A DNA stretch of 64,000 bases from assembly GCA_963792535.1 (NCBI GenBank), contig CAWBWQ010000001.1, positions 32,001 to 96,000 on the forward strand. The letters run 5' to 3'. The notes beneath the pieces are model-generated. The model was not told the DNA's origin. It did not search any database and saw only the letters and a program-made list of their open reading frames with translations. This document shows positions 33,392-44,911 of this stretch, piece by piece (the stretch's first letter is position 1; each line of letters begins with the position of its first letter). The stretch is from an uncultured Phycisphaerales bacterium. GTDB lineage: Bacteria > Planctomycetota > Phycisphaerae > Tepidisphaerales > Tepidisphaeraceae. Both the position numbers and the translations under genes were made by a program.

Positions 33392-34594
33392 TCAATCGCC
33401 GGGGCCTTTTCCATTGAACACCGGCAGATAGCGATTGGGCATTTGCAGAATGATCAGCGCCATCGACGTGCAGTAGTCTTCGGTAACTTCACCGGACCAT
33501 CCACCATCGGTGCTTTGGCGGGCGATGAGCTGTTCGCGGATGCCGGGATACCATTCTTTCCAGTAATCGCCACCGGCGAGGAACATGGCCTGCACGCTGT
33601 AATAATTGCCGTAGAAATATTGCCCTTCCATGTCCATCATCTCAGGGGTGCCGCCGTGGGATTGGCCGGGTGTGTACTGCTTGAGATATTTCAGCCCGCG
33701 GTCCAGGTCGTTGCCCTGGAAATGCCCGGCATAATATAGCGACGCCACTCCGGCGGCGCTGCGGCCAAACCCGCTGCCGGTGCCTCCACCCATTCGGGCC
33801 ATATAGCTGAAACCCCCGTCGGGATTCTGGCACTGCTGCACATATTTAATCGCGCGATCCATGACGCCGGGGTCGACAAAAATACCCGCATCCCGGGCGG
33901 CCCGCAGCGCCATCACCTGGCAGATGGTGACGGAGATATCTGCGTCATAGGGCACGGGTTGATAGCGCCAGCCGCCTTCATTTCCGGGCTGGGTGCTTTG
34001 CGAACGCTCGATGAGCGAAATTGCTTTCTGCAGGGATTCCTTGACTGAATCATCGCCGGTCATTCCGTAAATTTCGCCTAAAAACAGGGTGGAAAAACCA
34101 TGCCCGTACATCGGGCTCTGCGAATCGTCGGAGACGATCAGGCCTGATTCCTCGCAGCTGTTTAAGACAAATTTCAAAGCCCGCGATACGTTGTCTCCAT
34201 ACTTCCCCCGATTGGGCAGATTGCCTGCCTCCATCATGGCGATGGCCGCCAGCGCCGTGATGCCTGAATGCTTTCCCCCGTTGCCGCGAAAGCTGCCGTC
34301 TGGTCCCTGATGCTCCGCCAGCCACGCAAGCCCGCGCTCAACTGCGCGCTTCTGGGGAGGGGTAATTTCATCGCCCGTCACCTGGTTTGCATGAGCTGCG
34401 ATCCCAACCGGCGGTGGAACCGGCCTGGCGGGCGGATCAGCGTTTACACAAACCGGTAGCACGACGATCAGGATGAGAATCAAAATTTGAAGTGGCCGTT
34501 GCACACCGGCAGCGATGGATCGGCCCGTTAAACGATCTGCGAGAGGATTCGCCTCTTCTGATCTGCGTTTATCCGCGTGCATCTGTGATTTCAT
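33392..34594 (-). CDS. Exported prenyltransferase/squalene-oxidase-repeat (alpha/alpha toroid) protein
   Basis: Repeats WLAEHQGPDGSF, EGGWRY, QNPDGGFSY and RQSTDGGW, plus a hydrophobic signal segment. True start is uncertain. Confidence 0.85.
   Translation of the reverse strand: MKSQMHADKRRSEEANPLADRLTGRSIAAGVQRPLQILILILIVVLPVCVNADPPARPVPPPVGIAAHANQVTGDEITPPQKRAVERGLAWLAEHQGPDGSFRGNGGKHSGITALAAIAMMEAGNLPNRGKYGDNVSRALKFVLNSCEESGLIVSDDSQSPMYGHGFSTLFLGEIYGMTGDDSVKESLQKAISLIERSQSTQPGNEGGWRYQPVPYDADISVTICQVMALRAARDAGIFVDPGVMDRAIKYVQQCQNPDGGFSYMARMGGGTGSGFGRSAAGVASLYYAGHFQGNDLDRGLKYLKQYTPGQSHGGTPEMMDMEGQYFYGNYYSVQAMFLAGGDYWKEWYPGIREQLIARQSTDGGWSGEVTEDYCTSMALIILQMPNRYLPVFNGKGPGD
34561..34590 (+). 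repeat. Three degenerate decamer repeats
   Basis: atctgcgttt / atccgcgtgc / atctgtgatt at the junction between two operon genes. Confidence 0.55.
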
Positions 34595-34643
34595 CCTGTT
34601 TTTTCCGATAGCCGCGTCGCCTGGCAGTCCATGTCGTCAGACA

Positions 34644-37600
34644 TCAGTGAACATTTGCCCGTGTGGACATTGAACGGTAATAGTCGTCCACGAGATTCTT
34701 GTATTTATCGAGAACTTTTTCTCCCTGTGTTTCGATCACCGCCTGGCGCTGACGCGGGGTGACTTCTCCCCAGTTCTGCGCCTCCTGCCTGGCGATGTCC
34801 GCAGCGGGATCACCCGGCTGCCCGTCACCACCGCCCGAACTGCTGCCGGCACTTTTGGCGATGGTGGGGTCGGGCTTGGACTGCTGCTTTTGACCCTTGG
34901 TGTCGGCATTCTGCGGCTGTTGCTGCGCGCCGGGTTTTTTTGCCTCGGAGGGATCCCCGCCGGGCTTGGGCGGCTGGTTTTGTCCCTGCGCTCTTTCTTG
35001 CGGGCCTCTTCAATCAGATCATCCAGATTGTCTAAAATTCGTTTTTGTATCTCCTGGGTCACCGGCCCGGGATCAGAATTCATCGCCAGGCGCTGGCGCG
35101 ATCGAGCCATGCGGTCTCCCACCAGGTTCAGGTCGTGTTCCGCGCGGGCCGGTGGCTTGCCCGGTTCGTCCTGTTTACCGACACCAATCAAATCGTCCTG
35201 CAACTCTTTGTTGTCGACTGCCTCGGCGGCGTCACCTGGATTTTTTACCGCTTCCTCAGGCAGTTGATCCCGATTGTCCGGCTCGGGCGGCAGCTTGCTT
35301 TGTCCCTTGGATGCCTTCTGTAAAAGCTTATCCAGCAGATTGCGAAGGTCCCCCTGGCGATTTCCAAGCGACGACAAATCCGCCTTTTCCTTCTGCTGTT
35401 GTTTGTTGATTGCGATCGTTGCGTCATTTTCAGCGATCTGCAAATCCTTCATTAGCCGCAGTTCAGCTTCGGACGGCATACCACTGTTGCTTTTGCCGTT
35501 TCCACCTTCACCGCCGCCTCCGGCATGCTGGGCAAACGCGCTTTCTTCCGGCTTGGTTGCGAGGTCTTTAATCATCGCCTCCAACTGCGCCACGACCTGC
35601 TTCTGCAACGCCTGCGGCACCGCGCCGGTCTGCGCGTTTCCAAGCGAATCTTTGACCTCATTCATGTTCTTTACGATGTCGCGGTTGGCGTAGGTGTACA
35701 CGATGCTTCCCAGCGCCTGCAGCGTTTCATCGAGCTTTGCGGTCTTGTCTGAAACCTTCCCCTGGTCTCCGGTCAATTGATTCAGGCGAATCTGCGCCTC
35801 GCGGGGGAGTGAGCCGTCGTCGTTTCTGGTTGCGCCGTCGATGCTGAGGGTCTTGAGATTCACCTCATTCTGCTCGGCGAGGATCGCCATATACTGCTGG
35901 CGAACGGCCTCTTTTTTCTGGTCTTCCTGCTTCTGCTCGGCTTTCTGCTTCTGTTGATCGATCAGTTTTTTGGCATCCAGCAGTTCTGCCAGCGCGTCCA
36001 CCTGCGCGGGGTTATATGCCATGGCCAGTTTGCCGTCGCGCAGGTTGACGATCGCGCGTTCCATTTTGTCTGCCGCCCGCGTGAGATGATCTGAAGGCTC
36101 AGCGCCATCAGCCAGGTCCTGGGCTGCCTTGGCGATGTCGCGGGTGTTGCGCTCGGTCTGTTCCTGGGCGGAACTCAGCAGGCCTGGTTCCACCGGAGCC
36201 GCAACCGCCCTGGGATCGCGCTCTGAAAGTGTATAGAGCTGAAGTTTCACATCCGCCCCCGTGGCGGTCAGCACGTCATTGCCCTGCAGAAATAAATTAT
36301 CCAGGTTATGCGCCGCCTGTTCACGAAGCAGGATGGCCACCTGCTGTTGCAGCTCCGCGAGCTTTCGCGCCAGCTCATCAAGCTTATGTTTTTCAGCTTC
36401 CCTCAGGTCGGCGAGCATCATCTGCAAACCCAGTTCGGCCTGCTTTTGCGCCGACTGCGCCGCTGCCTGCTGGTTCTGCTGCGTAGCGTCAGAAGCCTTG
36501 GCCTGCTGGCCCGGCACGTTCTGCTGATTTCCAGTATCCGCCGCCTGGCTCATTGCCTTGGAAGCCGCGGGGTCTGACTTATTCAGCTTGTCCGCGTCCT
36601 TGAGAATCTCATCCAGCGTCTTCTGCGTTCGAGCGCCAAGGTCGGCCTGCGCCTTGGCCAGTGCTTCGAGCGTTGCCTTGTCCTGCGTTGAGAGCTGGTC
36701 GGGCGTTTTGCCAAGATTTCCCTTACCCGCGGCTGTGGTTTGGGCGGACAATTTCTGTTGATCGGCCAGCAAATTTCGTACGGCATCTATAGACCGGGAG
36801 AGGCTGCCGATGTTCCCCATCCGATCCAGCACCTTTTGCAAATCATCACCGGCCTTGGACTGGCTCGTCTGGGCGTCGGTCAGGCTTTGATCGCGATGAT
36901 CTTTATCCTCCGCTTGACGGGCATTATTGATACTTCCGGCGGCGTCCTTCATTGGGTTTTCAGCTGCGCTATTCAGAAGATTGCCCACGTCCCTGGCTGT
37001 GTCCTTTAATTCCTGATTGGCGGATTTGTTCTCCTCCATCTGCGCCTGGATATCAGTCAATCGGGTGGCCAATGATTTGGTCTGCGACGCAATGGTGCTC
37101 TGCTGCCCCGCGAGCCGCTCGGCGGCGGTCTTGTCCGCGTTATCCAGCGCGGGCTTGCCTGCGGTCTCTCTGGCGAGTTCGGCCGTTTGCCGCTGCGTTG
37201 CGCCCTGCGATTGCTTCAACACCGCAGCCTGCTCGGCCACGCTGCTGAGCATATCGGTTATCTTATTGTTGAATTCTTCCTGGCTGATAATGCTGATCCG
37301 CAGCTTGCCGCTCGCAACCTGCGCATGCGTCTTGCCGGCAAGCTCAAAGTTGTCCTTGACCGAAGCGAAATATTCCAGCTCATCACCCGGCTTGATTTCA
37401 AACGATTCCGGCTTGGCCAGCACCCATGAATAACCCGCCCGGAACCGCTGCATATCACCGTCTGGATCAACCCTGTTCCACTGAATGCCATCAGCGGCAA
37501 TTGCCTTGTGAACCAGCGGGATTTCCCAGTGCTTTTTGTCGTTGATTCGATCGATCACTAGTGTCAGCGAATCCACCCCGAAGTCATCCTCGGCCATGGC

Positions 37601-38896
37601 GGCGAAAGGGACAACCGCATCAGGCGTTCGGTCTTCATTACGGCGCGGATTCTCGATAATCACTGTGGGGTTCTGATCCGGTCGAACGACAAACTCGAAC
37701 TCCTCGGCTGCGGTGTTTGACAAGCCGTCGGTATCGATTCCGTGCAAATGAAATCGAAACGATTCACTTGCGTCCACCGCAGCGGTCACCGTGGTTCCAA
37801 TTGGCTTGGACCAACTGAATACAGGCACCGACTTAGGCGAAAGAAATTCAACTGTTACCGCTTGCTTCGGGTCCAGCGGTTTGTTGAATTGAGCGGTTAA
37901 TTCAACCTTGGATCCCACGGTCATCAATGCGGGATTCTGACTGAGATTCACATGCTGGGCCGGCAGGTTCGCATACGCCGGGGCGGTGATCGTCGCTTGC
38001 ACCCGGGTAATGGTCAGCCGTTGCACGACTTTCACCGGCGGCAATTCCTTGGAATCATCCCCCGATTCCATCCACACCTTCACCAGCCCGGCCCCTGCAT
38101 CCGCCGGCGTGCGCGCGTCGACCGATGCATGATAAATCCCATCATCGTCCCGGGTCATGTATTCCTGCTCGACGGGTCCAAAATGAGCCCCATCGGCGTC
38201 GCCGTACTGGTAAAAAATGGTCGCTTTTCGTCCAATCCGGTCGCCGTGAGTCAGTCGGATGTTCACATCGATTCGCTGACCGACCGACACGCGATCCGGC
38301 ACGGTTCCAACCAGATCGATGCTGACCGTCCTGGGCCATGGATTGTTGGAAAAGGGAGAAAACAGGCGATCGAAGGCGACGTGGGTATAAGCCGGGTTAA
38401 CCGTATTAACGATCAGCGCAAGCAGCAGCAGCGCTCCTGTTCCCATCGTCGCGGAATACCAGACCGGCGCAGCCACTATCACACGGCTGAGATCCAAACT
38501 TTGCGTCAACCGGGTGGCCTCGGAGACCACCCGCTGCTTCATAATTTCCGATCCCGGCGGGGCGTTGCCCGAAAGGATGTCGATCGTGCTGCGAAGCCGA
38601 TCCTGATATTCAGGAAAGGTTCGCTCGATTCGTCCAGCAACCTCATTCAAACTAAGCCGGGCCAGAATGCTCTGGATGACCCATCGCCACAACGCATAAC
38701 ACAGCCCCCCGAGTGCGATCAGAGTAAGCACCAGCCGGGGCAATGCGTGCAGATTGAGCAGGAAGTCCAACAGCACCGTCGCGATTAAAAGCCCCACCGC
38801 CAGCGTGGCCAATAGTCCCGCACCAAACAGCACACCCAGTAATCGGACACGACGACGAACAGAATGCAACGAGTCGATGAGGATAGTGGGGGACAT
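34644..38896 (-). CDS. Large membrane-anchored protein with Ig-like region and long Gln-rich coiled coil (DUF4175-like); apparent frameshift near 34990
   Basis: Three N-terminal TMs, DQNPTV..P and AEDDFGV motifs, then a long helical region. The corrected C-terminus reads ...NWGEVTPRQRQAVIETQGEKVLDKYKNLVDDYYRSMSTRANVH* with the stop at 34644. Confidence 0.8.
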
Positions 38897-39359
38897 ATGA
38901 AAGAATCCTCAGATCAATCACGGGCGAATAATGCCTGCAAGCACGTCGCCAGCATACAAAAAGGTCGACTTTTGCCGTGTGCCCGAAAAGTCGCTAAATG
39001 CCTCACTGCAAATATCATACTATAGCGCCGGCAAACCGCACTTTCGTGCTGAGGCTAATTCGGTTTATGTTTGCACCGTAAGAGCTTTGAACGACGCGCC
39101 TCAATAGTTGGACGGCGGGGCAGCCGGATTGTTGCAGCAAAATCCCGCCGATGGGATGCTCTGGGCAACCGCCGAACCGTCACACCCGCTGCTAATTCCC
39201 CGAAGCGTCGCAACAACTACCAAATGCGTCGTTGTGCGACGCATGATGCGACGTTTTAGCAACAAAATGATAAATTGGGCAGACTCATCCATTCAGCGAG
39301 CCGATCCAGAGCTGACTCGGCTCACGACCCACCAAACCTGTGGGTTTTTGATCCTGCTG

Positions 39360-39433
39360 CACCATCTCATACAGCTCACGCACGACCGACTCGCTCACCA
39401 TCACAAGTACAAACAGCGTCAGCGTCAGCGGCG
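39360..39433. repeat. Diverged direct-repeat copy of 39967..40040 (3' end of the upstream vWA/GATase-like gene)
   Basis: Manual ungapped alignment gives 66/74 identical bases. Confidence 0.9.
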
Positions 39434-39479
39434 GCGGTGGAGTGTTGCAGCCAAATCCTGGCGGCGTTCAGCTCACGCA

Positions 39480-39930
39480 TCAGCGCCGTCTCTTTTTCGG
39501 AGCATACACTTCATCGTAAACCTGGCGCACTGCGGGATAAGAGAGCACGCCCACAACAATCAAGCAGATGATGAATAGATAGACCGCTGCGGTATTTGTA
39601 TGACCTGCGACGCGGGAATCGCCGTCGGTTCCGGCGCGATATTGAACCTCGATCGGGTCGCCTTCGGTAGCATCCACCGAACCTTTAAAAGTATCTTTCC
39701 CCTGCCGCGCTAAGCCGCGATCGTCGGTGAACTCATATTCGACCGCGGTTCTCAACTCCGGCGTCCTTGCGGTGTAGTCCTCATATTGCCTCACGCGCGT
39801 AACCTGGCCGGGCCCCTTCTTCCCCGCCCAGCGAATATTTAACTTCCTGGCAGGAGTAAAATCCGCTGAAAAGAAACAGGACGATTCCGGCAATAAACGC
39901 CCGCACCTTAAATCGGCTCGACCAATCCAT
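39480..39930 (-). CDS. DUF3592-like two-TM membrane protein; apparent frameshift near 39830
   Basis: MDWSSRFKVRAFIAGIVLFLFSGFYSCQEVKY (different frame from the track ORF) joins ...VEYEFTDDRG...GDPIEVQY...C-terminal TM. Confidence 0.65.
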
Positions 39931-39963
39931 AAAACTTGCCCCACGTCAAATTTCCGCACTCGC

Positions 39964-42398
39964 CTACACCATTCCATACAGCTTACGCACGACCCACTCG
40001 CTCACCACCACAAGTACAAACAGCGCCAATGTCAGCGGCGCGTTCCACAGCGGTTGGCCCGTTAAAATTGGCAGCACCTTGGCGGCGCTGGGAATTGCCT
40101 GCAGTTCCGGGATGGCATTCGCCAATTCAATCGGTTTACCGAGTGTCTCTGACGCCAGCCGGGACAGCTGAATGCGGTCCACCCGCGGGTCATTTAATTC
40201 AAGCTGCGGCAGCGTCACATCCACACCGGTCTCCATCATCTCCACGCCGCCGACGATGGGCGGGAGGTGAATGGTAAATTTTCCGACCTTGTCCGCGGTG
40301 AACGACCCGGCGAATGTTTCACCGCTGCCGTCGAGTCGAACCAGGTTTTCCATGCGCACCGGTTGTCCGCCGGCGTCCTGCTCCTCAACGCGGATCTGGT
40401 CGGGCAGCTGCCGAACCAATCCCGGGTCGATCACGCGCAGGGTCAGGCGAACCTGCTGCCCGAGTTCGTAGACCGGTTGATCGGCCGTCAGCGTCAATCG
40501 CCTTTGACCGATCTTGCGGTTGCGCCAGATATCTCAGTTGCTGCACCCAGTATGTGTCGAAGACTGATTCATCGGTGTAAAACCGCCAGCGCCAGGAATC
40601 ATCAATCGCTGAAAAAAGCGTGCGGCCTCCGAACCGGCCCGACACCAGGATCGGCGCTTTGTGACCGTCGGGTCCGATCTCAGTAGGATGCTCGGCCAAT
40701 ACCTCACCGACACTCGGTTTGGCGGTAATTCCCCTGCAGTACCAAAACACTTCGGGCCATTGCCGCGCAAGAAATTCATCGTTTTTTGTCGAGTCGGCGA
40801 AGAACCGGAAGATGCTGGTGGAAGACCCCGCTTTTGTCACCACCGGGCGAAATCCCTGGGTGATTGCAACGCTGCTGTCGGTCGATTCCACATGCGACAG
40901 CGCTATGGGCAGCAACGGTTCGATCGGCGTGTTGCGATATGCCTGCGGTGAAAATCTTTCCCCCGCGACCATCGCAAAACCTCCGCCGCGATTCACAAAT
41001 TCATTGACCAGTTGCAGCTGCGAATCCGAAAAATAGCGTGGATCGACATCACCGAAGACCACCACGTCATATTCGAGCAGTTGATCGATGGTGTCGGGGA
41101 AATGACCCGCAACGCTTTTGCCGGAACTGGGCAGAGGCTTGTTCCCTTCCTGCAGAAAGTTGAAATCCGCGCTCGCGAGCAGGCAGGACACATCAACCGT
41201 CTTATCGCGGATCAAAGCATTTTTGAGATAGCGGTAATCCCATCGCGGATAGCCGTCCACGAACAAAACCGCGATCTTCGCATCCAGCACCGTTACCAGC
41301 GTCGATCGGGAATTGTCGGCTTCGTCGAGTTCTCCGGACTGCGGCAAGGCTTCTATGACAACGTCTTTGTTGCCGATCTCCGATGTCTTCCACTGCAGTT
41401 CCACCTCAACGGGCTTGTCGTCGGGCAGTGCGATGTTTTTCTCGGCCGGCGCGCCGTCCACTCCGGGAAGGATGGCATTGGTCTTTTTGTCCTTCAACAC
41501 GACATGAACCGAATGGCCGGCTTCATATCCGCTGCCGCGCACCATCGCCTTGACGTTGACGACATCGCCTTTAAATGCCACATCATCCAGCTGCATGCTC
41601 TGCACCTGGATATTTTTCGGTTGTTGATCGGATCCAAGGGCGATCGGGTAAATCTTCGCGCCGTAATTTTTCAGTGCGTTCAATCCCTCACTGATGTTGT
41701 GCGCCGGTGTGTCGCGGCCATCGGTCAGGAGAACCACTCCGGCCAACCGCTGCCCCTGCAAATCCTCAAGCGCAGTGAGAATAGAAGGAAGCACCTGCGT
41801 GCTCTGTCCCTGCGGTTGCAGGCCCGCGATCGCGGTTGTTGCCGGCGCGAGGTCCAGTGAATCCTTCGAGTTTGCGGGCAACGATTGAATACCGACCAGC
41901 GGCGAGGCATCGCGGTCGAAACGGTACAGCCGAAGGTCATGCTTTTTTGCCAGCGTTCGCAGTAACGCGGCGTTGTCTCCCGACAGGAGATTCCGCGCGA
42001 TCGCCAGCCTCGATTGCGGATGATCCGCTGCTCCGGCATCCGGCACGCGCATGCTGCCGCTGTCGTCCACCAATATCGCCAGAACCGAAGGCTCGATTCG
42101 CGTCTGCCCGAGGGTGAGGATCGGGCGATTGAGCAAGAACAGCACGAGCGTCAGCAGTGATAATCGCAATCCGCCCAGCAGCACGCGCAGCGGTCGCGAC
42201 CGGCCGTCGCGTGAATAGACGTATACAACGAGCAGGATCGCCACCACCAGCAGCGTGATATTCCAGACCGGCGCGCCGAATGAACGCCTGCCCCGGCCAT
42301 GCCGGGTTGAACTGTAGTGACCATTCCCCCTGCGGATGCAGAAAGCCCTTCGGTAAACCGAGGAGAACTTCGAAGGTGTGGGGAAGAGGATTAGTCAT
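39964..42398 (-). CDS. Membrane protein with vWA, Ig-like and class I glutamine-amidotransferase-like domains; apparent frameshifts near 42273 and 40523
   Basis: LVDDSGSM (MIDAS DxSxS), LTDG, PRWDYRYLKNAL.RD, YDVVVFGDV, DSWRWR and a terminal EWVVRK. Three ORF pieces join into one gene. Confidence 0.82.
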
Positions 42399-42433
42399 TT
42401 TATGGTTTTATTGCGGCTGCAACTGTCTGTGGT

Positions 42434-42545
42434 TGGGCAAACTTTCAACGCTCAACTTTCAACGTCCAACTTTCAAAGGAAGAACGGCAATCGTTTCTTC
42501 ACTTCAATGTTGAACGTTGGAAGTTGAACGTTGAACGCTCGCCCA
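42434..42545. repeat. Intergenic inverted-repeat element built from 7-bp units (about TTCAACG)
   Basis: Left arm: tgggc-aaac-tttcaac-gctcaac-tttcaac-gtccaac-tttcaa-ag-gaagaa. Reverse complement of right arm: tgggc-gagc-gttcaac-gttcaac-ttccaac-gttcaac-attgaa-gt-gaagaa. Confidence 0.9.
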
Positions 42546-42561
42546 TCCGTAACAATACATA

Positions 42562-44777
42562 TCACGCCTTCTTCTTATAGTGTCCAAACCGCATTGCGAT
42601 AAACGACTCAGCCCCAATCATGCGCGAAGACGCCGAGCATGACCGTCCAGCCCCAGTCATCTCCCATGCCAGTCTGAGCGATTAACGCCGGGGGCTGGTC
42701 GTCGTTCAGTTTCAGATCGATCCCGCCTAATGCATCCTTGATCGCGCTGTCGGAGATCGTGTGCACATCAGCCCCCTCGGCGGGCAGGTTAACCGCTATT
42801 GGAATACTGCCTGTTCCGGTGGAAAGTGTGTAGATTCCCGGCTGCTGAAGCAGGGGGCTGCGATACATCGCCGACCCATCCGATGCGGTGCTTAATTCAA
42901 GCGGTATTGGCGCGGACTTAGGATCGCTCATCGTGGGGGTGGCAGTGAGCTTAACGGTCGCCGGGATCACCATTTGATCTCCGACCGTGAGGTTCATCCA
43001 GCTGTCACCGACATTGACACTGCCCCAAAGCAGTTCGTTTACCAACTCGGTATAAACAGGTTTGCGGGTGAAGGTAATCCATTCTTCGTTGGCCGAGGTG
43101 GAGACGAACACCACACGGCCCTGCCCGACAGCCTCCTGCGTGATGGCGGGGTCGGGCTTTTCACCGCGCGGTCCATTTTCCATCTTCCAGTTCAGCACGC
43201 GCAATTGGGGATCCATCGGCACGTCGGTCTGCCAGTACCCAAATGCCTCGGCATGTTCCATGCCGGTATCTTCCTGGTGCGAAAATGCCCGCAGCAGCGG
43301 ATGCAGGACACCGTTGGGGTTGAAATCAAAATGAAACGCCTTGTCCTCGGCGGCGATCACCCGCCGGGTAAGCGGACCTGGAATTAAATGCCGGGGGAGG
43401 AGCACCGAGTTGTAATTTTCCGGAACGATGTTTTCGCCGAGAAACACCATCAGTGTTCCACCGACACTTACAAAGTTATGAAGCTGATCGGCTTCGGTGG
43501 GTGTGACCTGGCTGACGCCGCACAGCATTACCGCGCGGTAATCGTTCAATACATGATTGCCCAGTTCAAGGTCGCTGATGAGATCCGGGGCGGCAAAGCC
43601 GTCGGACTGGCCGGATTTTCCAAGCCCCGACAAGGCCACCTGCAAGTTGAGACCCGACCCGCCTTCGGTGCCTGCGCCGTGCTCACCTTCAACGATCAGC
43701 GTCTTGAGCTGCGAGACGACATTAATCACCCGCGTGCGGGAATTATCGATTTGTAAACCATCGTCACCGACGATCGAAGCGGTTACCGCGTGGGGCCCGC
43801 CGGCCTTTAATTCCGCCTGCAGACTCGTTTGTGGTTCGGTTTGCGGTTCGGTGGTGGTATCTGGACTGAGACGCCCGCCGCCGCTTAGCAAACGGCCGTC
43901 GACTTTCCATTGCAGCGTTGCATCGTGAGGCGCGCCAAATCCTTTTACGTCTGCGATAAAGTCTGCGCCGAACTGCGTGTTCGTGGTGATCAGATTGGCC
44001 GATGGCCGCACGTCCAGAATCGCTTGATTCCACTGCGGGCCCAGCGCGTAAATTCGAATGCGCCACGCGATACAGGCGGGCGAGTTCCGGTCCTTCGGTT
44101 TTTAAAGCCGCGGCGTCGACGCCCTGCCAGGTTGCCGCCGTGGCATCGGTGAACAGGTAAAGATTCTTGTTGGGTTGCCGCTCGTTTTCGCGACCGACCT
44201 GGATCGCCATCCGCAGGGCAGATGAAAGATCCGGAGCGCTGTACGACTGCGGAATGCGGTCCAGGATCGAGCGGGCCTGCTGCAGATCGTAAGTCGGTTT
44301 GGCGATCGCACCGGCGGCAGGCTTCGCGCAGGTGATAATGACAACCGATTCACCTCCGCTGGTGAGGCGATCAATGATCTGCCCCGCGACAAGCTTCGCC
44401 TGGTCTAGATGCGTTTTAGCACCGGGTCTGCCGGCGAGATACGACATGGAATAACTGTTGTCGATGACAAAGACATGCAGGCCTGTTCTCCCGCCAAAGC
44501 CGGCGGACGAAGTGCTGTCGCAACCCATGGGCCTTGCCAGGGCAATGCCAAGCATGCCCAGCAGCAGGCAGCGCATCGCCAGCAGAAGCCACTGCTCGAA
44601 GCGCACGCGGCGGCGGTTTTTGCGCATTGCGCGGAGCAGAAATTCCATCGCCGCCCAGTTCACCGTGCGATAACGCCGGCGGTTGAGAATGTGGATGATG
44701 ATGGGAATGCTCGCCAGCGCCAGGCCGGCGATTGCGAATGCGGGGGAGAGGAAAGCGAAGGCGAGTGGAGTCAACAT
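42562..44777 (-). CDS. BatA N-terminal domain + vWA membrane protein; apparent frameshifts near 44045 and 42623
   Basis: SIPIIIHILNRRR...WAAMEFL...WLLLAMR...ALARP (BatA domain), VIDNSYSM MIDAS and FTD. Corrected end is ...GAESFIAMRFGHYKKKA*. Confidence 0.85.
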
Positions 44778-44792
44778 CGGCTTTAATAAAAA

Positions 44793-44899
44793 CGAACATC
44801 GAACATTCAACGTCGAACATCGAACATCGAAGTAAAGAAAGAAATCGCGATCGCCTTTCGTTCAATGTTGGATGTTGGACGTTCGATGTTCGATGTTCG
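44793..44899. repeat. Intergenic inverted-repeat element built from 7-bp units (CGAACAT)
   Basis: Left arm: cgaacat cgaacat tcaacgt cgaacat cgaacat cgaa. Right arm: ttca atgttgg atgttgg acgttcg atgttcg atgttcg. Confidence 0.92.
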
Positions 44900-44911
44900 C
44901 ATTTGATCTCT

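Noticed and set aside
33392..34594. Squalene-hopene cyclase / terpene biosynthetic cluster
   Set aside because: Single domain, no DxDD motif and no isoprenoid pathway genes nearby.
42434..44899. Heptamer repeats as a CRISPR array
   Set aside because: These are short tandem 7-mers in inverted arms, with no 23-50-bp repeats, no unique spacers and no cas genes.
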